DNA of 63,997 nt, counting the filler, from Mitosporidium daphniae (Eukaryota): NCBI RefSeq assembly GCF_000760515.2. It is 5 parts of 5 records of this genome, joined end to end, with 100 filler letters (N's around TTAATTAATTAA, not from the genome) between each part and the next. Parts side by side here need not be neighbours in the genome. Positions count along the whole stretch, not along the records: positions 46,121 to 60,912 come from NW_013546715.1; positions 61,013 to 63,997 come from NW_013546573.1; 3 more parts are not named here. One strand, given 5' to 3'. The position numbers were made by a program, and so were the translations under genes. The notes beneath the pieces are model-generated. The model worked only from the letters and a program-made list of their open reading frames with translations. It did not search any database and had not been told where the DNA came from. Below are positions 57,322 to 63,997 of this stretch, in pieces (position 1 is the first letter of the stretch; each line of letters opens with the position of its first letter).

Positions 57322-58042
57322 CGTTTGCCAGCAAATTTTGAAGCCAAACATTGGCAAACTTTTCGAGATGACTTGTAACCTACGGTAACAACAATACAAA
57401 TCCTACCTTTGAGAGGGAATTCCTTGACAGGTAGTAGCTTTTGAATCTATTGGTGATGTAAATTTTCAGATCTTCCACATCCCGTTCGTGCATATCAGGA
57501 GAGGAACATATCATGATCTCAGTCGACAACAGGATTTTGGAAAGCAGGGCCCGAAACGAATACCATTCCAAATCCGAAAATTGCAGGTCACATTGGCATA
57601 GCAAAGCATCTGCCGTATCAAGAGGATCTTTGACCAGTATATCTATTGTGGAAGATTTCATGAGGATAGAAAGGGCTTCCGGCCACAGAGAAGAGTGCTT
57701 AGAAATAAATTCGGCTCTGGCGTAAATTCCGGAAATAAGCACGGCAAGTTTATCTTTAATCCCCTGATCGACATAATCAATGTTCATTATTAAGTTCATT
57801 TCTTTCAAAGTGGGCGACCTCATTCTTTGCATTGAATAGACATTGCAGAGATGATTTCTAACATGATTGACAAGAGCAATATCTTGACCCTGCGGATATA
57901 ACCCCGAAAGGCAACTGGGTGAAAGTTTCAAGTTACTTTGTGAAAAAGCTACGGCCAAGCTGCTTTTCCACCCATGTTTCGGAAGCAGTTGATATGCAGA
58001 GGATAATAAATTATTTGAGACATTCGGTGAATTTACGGGCAT
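57314..58042 (-). CDS. COQ9: Ubiquinone biosynthesis protein Coq9
   Basis: LL..A..LLPKHGW, LYPQG...LV.H, WPEALSIL and D.EWYS.RA.L..I..STE....SPD. 3' intron 57380-57406. Confidence 0.78.
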
Positions 58043-58089
58043 TTGAAAAATTTAAATTTAACTGCCCGTCTAATGTGAATTTTTTATTA

Positions 58090-60438
58090 ATGGCTCCTAA
58101 AAATAAGGGTTCCTCCGTTGGCAAGAATCCCACGAAATCCTCAAAAAAGCCACTATTGTTTTTGAAGGATACCGATGGCAGTGAGCTTCCATGGTTTGAG
58201 CTTTTATCTCCCCTTTTGGGCGAGTCTTTATCTCAATCTTTGTCGAGTACACCTGTTTCGTTTACTCCAGGCCAATTGGAGCTATTAAGGACCAAAGGGA
58301 AACAGTTGATTGAGACGCAGGAGGCAATTTTCTTGGAAAATGCCCCTAATGATTTGTCTTTTTATTTAAATCTGCTGAATGAGGGTACCCGTTCCGATCG
58401 GTTGGCTGCATATGGCCTGCTTGTTGCGAAGGCTCCACATTTTTTCATTAGCAAGCTTTCTGAGTGGATGGTTTGGATTTCTTCTGGAATAAACAGGGCT
58501 GAATCTATTGGAGACGCAATTGTCTCGTTGGCCCAGGTATTTTCTAGCCACATTATTCCGACAACTCACAAACTTAAATACATGGAGCAACGCCAAGGAC
58601 CAAAGATCCCCTCGGATCCAGAATTATGGGTTTGGGCTGTTGAGGATTCGCTCAAAAGAGCCTATGCAGACTTGATACGTTTGTTTGAAAAGCAATTGAT
58701 GTCTCCTTATGAGCAACTGCGGCTTCGACTTCTTCCCGTAATTTCGAATCTTTTTTCGACACATCCGGAGCAGGAGTCGGCTCTCCTTTCTCTGTTATTT
58801 GCTAAACTTGGGGATTCCTCGAAAAAAGTAGCCTCCACCTCTGGAAGGTTGATCCTTAAAATTATTAACATGCACCCCGCAATGACAGAAGTGGTGGTCT
58901 CTGGCTTATGGCAACAGGTCCTTATCTCGAAGCTATCTTCATCTGCTTCTCCAAATTCTTCAAAAGCATCTACGCCGTCAACCTCTTCATTACATGCCCA
59001 GTATTATGGGATTGTTTTATTGACGCAAATCCCTCTTGATTCACGGTTCCAGGATCTGGCCCGGAAAATGATTGCGATGTATGTCTCTCTCATTGAAGAG
59101 TTATTATCTGATCGGCCAGAAGCCCCTTCTAAAGATAAGAAAAAGAATGTAAAAAAAGAGGAAAATCAGGTTGATTCGCACAAAGAAAAGTTGCTATCTT
59201 TTATACTGAAGGGCGTACACAATGCATTTTCGATTTGCAAGGACGCCAAGCTTCCATCGATTGACATTCTTTTTAGACTTACCCACATAGGTTCTTGGTC
59301 AAAATCTCTTCAGGCCTTTTGGCTGCTCTATAAAATTTCAAAGGAAGTCCCCTCGTTACAGGAGAGATTCCAGAAATCTCTTTGGGAATCCCTTGTTGAT
59401 GATCGGTCTGCCGGACATGGTCGGTATCAAGCAGAACAGCATATTGCAATTGTGAAGACATTTCTAATGGACAAAATGTCAGGCGACTTTTCTGCAGAAA
59501 CCTTGCCGATTATACTTGCCTTTGTGAAAAGATGGCTTGCATTCATTTCGTTGTCAGGTTCTATTGCCTTCATGTGTGCTGTTCTTCAAGCGATTCTCGA
59601 GGTTTTTCTACTGATCACACGTAAAAGACCCTCAATTATTAAGGATATAATTCTGCCTCCAGGGGATTATAATAATTCGTGGGATCCACTGAAAAGAGAT
59701 CCCTCGTGGTGTGGAGTTACACTGGATGCTTCCAAAAAAAAGCTTGTCTGCTCATTTTTCGAAATCTGTCCGTTTTTATTGCATTATCATCCATCGGTTT
59801 CTACTTTAGCCAAGGCAATTTTAGCATCGACCAGGGGAGTTTCAGCATCGACCAAGGGAATTTCCGCAAAGGAACTTGATAATCCCGAAACGATCTTGAA
59901 GAATTCTACAAGCAATCCATTCGAGTCGTATTCGCTAAGCTCATTTCTTGATCGCTGGGCATACAAAAACCCGAAAAAACACTCAAAATCAGAAGCGCCA
60001 ATACCTTCAACATCCGATTTTTCGTCTCTTTCGAGCCATGATGTTTGTGCCTCAGATGTCTTTTATCACAAGTACTTTGTGAATAAAGCAAAACGAGTAA
60101 CAACTAACCTCAGCATTCCAGACGGAAGTGATGGAGAAAGCGATTTTGATGGTATCGACCTGGTCCCATCGGATGGCTCTCAGACCAGTGACGTCGACAT
60201 CCAAGAACCATTTTCAGATGATGATGGCGACGATATTGATGGTCTGAGTGAAGAGGACGGATTAGTATCGAGCGATGAGGATATTGGCTATGAGAATGGC
60301 CAGTTTTTAGATGCAGATGCTGAGGAGGAGGGTGCTAACGATCAGACCACTTCGAAAGACAATAGAACACCCAAAAGAAAAAGGGTTAAATTGCCTTTAT
60401 TGGCCAGTGCGGAAGAGTATGAAAAGTATTTAATTTAA
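58090..60438 (+). CDS. MAK21: Ribosome biogenesis protein Mak21/Noc1/CEBPZ
   Basis: GTRSDRLAA, PEQE..LL..L..KLGD..KKVAS, WDPLKRDP, HYHPSV, LSSFLDRW.YKNPK and an acidic tail ending ASAEEYE. Confidence 0.92.
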   Translation: MAPKNKGSSVGKNPTKSSKKPLLFLKDTDGSELPWFELLSPLLGESLSQSLSSTPVSFTPGQLELLRTKGKQLIETQEAIFLENAPNDLSFYLNLLNEGTRSDRLAAYGLLVAKAPHFFISKLSEWMVWISSGINRAESIGDAIVSLAQVFSSHIIPTTHKLKYMEQRQGPKIPSDPELWVWAVEDSLKRAYADLIRLFEKQLMSPYEQLRLRLLPVISNLFSTHPEQESALLSLLFAKLGDSSKKVASTSGRLILKIINMHPAMTEVVVSGLWQQVLISKLSSSASPNSSKASTPSTSSLHAQYYGIVLLTQIPLDSRFQDLARKMIAMYVSLIEELLSDRPEAPSKDKKKNVKKEENQVDSHKEKLLSFILKGVHNAFSICKDAKLPSIDILFRLTHIGSWSKSLQAFWLLYKISKEVPSLQERFQKSLWESLVDDRSAGHGRYQAEQHIAIVKTFLMDKMSGDFSAETLPIILAFVKRWLAFISLSGSIAFMCAVLQAILEVFLLITRKRPSIIKDIILPPGDYNNSWDPLKRDPSWCGVTLDASKKKLVCSFFEICPFLLHYHPSVSTLAKAILASTRGVSASTKGISAKELDNPETILKNSTSNPFESYSLSSFLDRWAYKNPKKHSKSEAPIPSTSDFSSLSSHDVCASDVFYHKYFVNKAKRVTTNLSIPDGSDGESDFDGIDLVPSDGSQTSDVDIQEPFSDDDGDDIDGLSEEDGLVSSDEDIGYENGQFLDADAEEEGANDQTTSKDNRTPKRKRVKLPLLASAEEYEKYLI

Positions 60439-60912
60439 AATTAATAAAGCTCAATTGTAGCATTACAACTCAATGCCATCAACAACAAGAGCTTTTAAGA
60501 TAGTAAAAAGATCAAGGCCCTTTATGGGTGGAGTTAATTAATTGTCGGTATTTATTGGTCTAACGAATTACTTTAAAAAAAATACATCAATGCTTCCTCC
60601 AAAGACACTCTCCTCTTCTTCTCTCTCTCTCACTGCGGTCGAGTTATATTGTCTATTGTTTTCATCTGTTGATGGGGAAACGCAAACTAACCTAGACAGT
60701 GATGTCTGAACCGTTTTTGCTTTGGAAAAAGGTATCATATTATGGTAAAGAGGCATGAGGGCAGGATGTTTTTAAAATAAAGATATCAGCCAAGGGGATG
60801 GAAAATATCCGCATGCACCTTAAAATTGGACGAACCCATTTAATTAGTGCAACCGAGTTTTAGTTCTTGAAAAACACGGCGAACAAAGATACTCTGGAGG
60901 CCACTTCAAAGA

Positions 60913-61012
60913 NNNNNNNNNNNNNNNNNNNNNNNNNNNNNNNNNNNNNNNNNNNNTTAATTAATTAANNNNNNNNNNNNNNNNNNNNNNNNNNNNNNNN
61001 NNNNNNNNNNNN
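60913..61012. other. Artificial contig linker
   Basis: N44-TTAATTAATTAA-N44. Confidence 0.97.
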
Positions 61013-62008
61013 GTTTGCGATTGGAATACCTTTTTGCCTCTCAAAGACAGGAAACAGTCAATAAGCACATCAATAATCTTCCAGTGCTTTTCATGCGGCT
61101 CGTTTGTGTCAAACCCAAAAGAAGAGACCGATTTGAATATTCAGTTTTCTGCAGCTGCATTTCGTTTCTGGTATCAAGCAGCCATTACTTTGATCTTGAG
61201 GAATGGAAGCACGTTAGATTGATTTGAAAGAACGGGGAGAAAAGATCGATGAAAGCGTGGCGAGTTTTCTGCATTGCCTTTAAATTTCGTAAATTGCATA
61301 TAATTGGGGTGATTGTCTGTAAATTGGATGTCACTAAATATGTGATTTCCANTCTTGTCNTTTGTTCAACAATTTTTGCAATACATTTTATTTATGTTGA
61401 TGCTCTACAGCTCCTTTAATAAACACTGAAACCTTAAGCTAACTTAACCTAAGCTAACCACTTGACAAACTAATTGGCCAAATAATTGTCCTTTTAATTT
61501 AATTTACTGCACCCTTTTCAACCGATCCAAATTCATCATATTGCGGTTTTTGGGCCGTTTGGAGCGTTGGGCATGTTTTTCTTGCGTTTCACGACATGGT
61601 TGCAGAGTGGTCGATGGAATTATTTGATATTGCCTGATGGCTGCATGTTTTGGGCACCGCTGTTTCTGCGCTTGGACCCTCCTGGGCAGCTTCATTCTGT
61701 GGCTTCGCCGCCAAAGTCTAGGAAAACCATCACTACACCCTCTTTGAATCACCTTCTGAACTTGCGTCAATACGAGGTTTTTGAAAATCTTATTGCCTCG
61801 CTACTCCCAAGTATGCATTTGTCTGACCTGCGAATTTAATCCAATTCAATTTAATTCAATCCAATTCAATTCAATTCCGCCTGCACTCTGATTCGCCCAT
61901 CTGTCCTAGTTGCAGCTTTCACCCCATAAGTTCGTTTATTAGAAAATAAAGCATAGTAAAACCTAACACTAACACTAAGCCTAACCTCTTTTTCATCGGC
62001 ACCTGAAG

Positions 62009-63985
62009 TTACAAAAGTTCTTGACGAAGCTGGGGATTTTCTTCATTGGCATCTGAAGCGACAAAAGCTTTTCTTGGTGGAGCTTTCTGAATTAGTATAG
62101 TTTTCAGTGCTTGATCTTTCAGAACTTTTTTAGCTTTCAGATCTTCGATATACTGCAGAGGTTCCAAGGCTGCATGAATGATTTCAGCTTTCCAGCCTTT
62201 TGGAGCCAGATATTTCTCACTTTTCAGATCTTCCAAAAATTTCAGAGCTGCCTGACATGTCCGAACCATTGGTCTTTTTTTATTGGGTTTGTGAATTATC
62301 ATATCTTTCAGAGCATCATGAGCTTTCTCAATTACTATAGCTTTCAGATCTTTCAGATCTTTCAGAGCTTCCAGAGCTTCCAGGGGTTTTTTATCTTCCA
62401 GAGCTTTTAGAGCGTCCAGAGCCTTCAGGGCTTTCAGACCTTTCAGAGCTTCTTTAGCTTTATGATTTTCCAGAGTTTGAGGTTTTTCATCTTTTTTAGC
62501 TTTCTGGTATTCTTCAACTTTTAGAGCTTCCAGAGCTTCCAGAGAAAAATGAGCTTTCTGAGGTTTCTGAATTAGTAGAGCTTCCAAAGCACGGTGAGCT
62601 TTTTGAAATAGTATGGCTTTCAGAGCTTTCAGAGCTTTCAGATTTTTCAGATCTTGCATACCTTCCAGAGCATCCAGAACACACAAAGTTTCCTGAATTA
62701 GTAGAGCTTTCTCAGCTTTCTCAGCTTTCTCAATTAGTAGAGCTTCTAGAGCACGATGAGCCTTCTGAGCTAGTAGAGCTTTCTTAGCTTTCGTAATTAG
62801 TAGAGCTTCTAGAGCATCATGAGCCTTCCGAGCTAGTAGAAAGTCATGAACTTTATGAATTAATAGAGCTCCCAGATCTGCCAGAGCTCCCAGAGCTTCA
62901 AGAACTTTCAGAGCTTCTTTAGCTTCTAACCCGTTCTGAAATATTATAACTCTCAGAGCTTCGAAGGGTGTTTGATCTTTCAGAGCTGTTAAAAGTTCAT
63001 GGACTTGCTGAACTTTGCGAGATTTAAAATGTCGTATTAGGGTTATAGCACCGTAAGCTTTCTCGATCAGCATAACTCCCTGATCTTCCTGATCTTCCTG
63101 AGCTTCCAGAGCTTGCAAAGCTTCTCGAAATTCCAAATATTCCTGATCTTCCTGATCTTCCAGAGCTTCCTGATCTTCGTGAGCTAACCAATCCGATAGA
63201 ACTAGTTGAACTTTATGAGGTTTCTGAATTAGTATAGCTTCCAGAGCATCACGAGCTTTCTGAATTAGGGTAGCTTTCAGAGCTTCCAGGGGTTTTTGAT
63301 CATCTTTCAGGGCTTCTAGAGCTTTCTGAATTAGGATAGCTTTCAGAGCTTCTAAGGGTTTTTCGTTTTCCTGGGCTTCCAGAGCTTCTTTAGTTTTTTT
63401 ATTTTCTAGAGCTTGAGCTTTTTGAGCTTCTTCATCAGATAGAACTGATTGAGTTTCCTGAACTTCCTGAACTGGCGATACAACCAACCAATCTGATAGA
63501 GCTGATGGAGCTTCTTCATCAGAAATAACTGATTGGGTTTCCTGAGCTTCCTGAACTGGCGGTACAACCAACGAATCCGATAGAGCTGATGGAGCTGAAG
63601 TGACAAATGTTATTTTTGATTGAGTTTTTGGATCCTCTCTTTGATCAAAAGCTGATGAATCCTCATTAGAAAGATCTTCGAAATCGGATCCCAATTCACT
63701 GTCTTTATGATCAGAAGTTTCTAAAGATGTATCAGATTTATCTTTTAAAGGCTTTTTTGATTTTTCTGGAAGCTTCGGTTGTATCTCATTTACTAGAGAT
63801 CCGTGATTTCCGCTTGATTTATTTTCTGTACCTTTGTGTGTGTTTTCTGCACGGGTTTTGACTGGTTGGCTTGACTGCCTTATTGAACCCTCTTGAGTGT
63901 ATAGATCTGTTTCTTGACATTTCAGTGAGGGAAGAAGGAGAATGGCGATGAAAGTTACGACAAATAAACGGTTTCGAATCATCAT
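62009..63985 (-). CDS. Secreted 658-aa protein with Leu/Ala/Lys/Glu helical repeats
   Basis: Signal peptide, disordered region, an 84-bp duplication, and many (D/R)ALEALKAILIQKA(H) repeats. Intronless. Confidence 0.8.
   Translation of the reverse strand: MMIRNRLFVVTFIAILLLPSLKCQETDLYTQEGSIRQSSQPVKTRAENTHKGTENKSSGNHGSLVNEIQPKLPEKSKKPLKDKSDTSLETSDHKDSELGSDFEDLSNEDSSAFDQREDPKTQSKITFVTSAPSALSDSLVVPPVQEAQETQSVISDEEAPSALSDWLVVSPVQEVQETQSVLSDEEAQKAQALENKKTKEALEAQENEKPLEALKAILIQKALEALKDDQKPLEALKATLIQKARDALEAILIQKPHKVQLVLSDWLAHEDQEALEDQEDQEYLEFREALQALEAQEDQEDQGVMLIEKAYGAITLIRHFKSRKVQQVHELLTALKDQTPFEALRVIIFQNGLEAKEALKVLEALGALADLGALLIHKVHDFLLARKAHDALEALLITKAKKALLAQKAHRALEALLIEKAEKAEKALLIQETLCVLDALEGMQDLKNLKALKALKAILFQKAHRALEALLIQKPQKAHFSLEALEALKVEEYQKAKKDEKPQTLENHKAKEALKGLKALKALDALKALEDKKPLEALEALKDLKDLKAIVIEKAHDALKDMIIHKPNKKRPMVRTCQAALKFLEDLKSEKYLAPKGWKAEIIHAALEPLQYIEDLKAKKVLKDQALKTILIQKAPPRKAFVASDANEENPQLRQELL
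63428..63595. repeat. Coding 84-bp tandem duplication
   Basis: APSALSD(S/W)LVV(P/S)PVQE(A/V)QETQSV(I/L)SDEE x2. Confidence 0.88.
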
Positions 63986-63997
63986 CGAAATGTAAAA

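Noticed and set aside
15346..61012. Recurrent palindrome TTAATTAATTAA flanked by Ns
   Set aside because: Identical 100-bp design with stops in six frames: an assembly linker, not biology.
61013..61839. Short ORFs on both strands at the start of the last contig
   Set aside because: No motifs, low-quality bases nearby, and nothing to favour a strand.

Overview
This is a very compact eukaryotic nuclear genome segment with about 45 protein-coding genes. Most are split by tiny GT-AG introns (mostly 23-30 nt), and many genes are only 25-120 bp apart. It is a pseudo-scaffold of five contigs joined by artificial 100-bp linkers (N44-TTAATTAATTAA-N44), so adjacency across the gaps is not reliable. The genes are fungal/opisthokont in type. 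Genes for mitochondrial translation and respiration (uL1m, uL22m, MTO1, QCR8, COQ9, IDH1, PDB1) occur together with microsporidia-like AAATTT/CCC start contexts. From this I infer an early-diverging microsporidian relative (Rozellomycota, Mitosporidium-like); the taxon is not proven. Highlights: (1) a three-exon ATG12 whose conserved C-terminal Gly is replaced by Ile, implying a conjugation-independent ATG12-ATG5 system; (2) long ORF-poor intergenic blocks with nested, GU-containing helices that are candidate large structured ncRNAs; (3) a GATA-finger/HMG-box fusion factor with a 62-residue finger spacer; (4) an intact E(z)/EZH2 H3K27 methyltransferase; (5) a 7TM-RGS protein; (6) several secreted repeat, lectin-like or GPI-anchored orphan proteins. 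All identifications come from motif recognition by eye. No searches were run, and exon boundaries were set manually.
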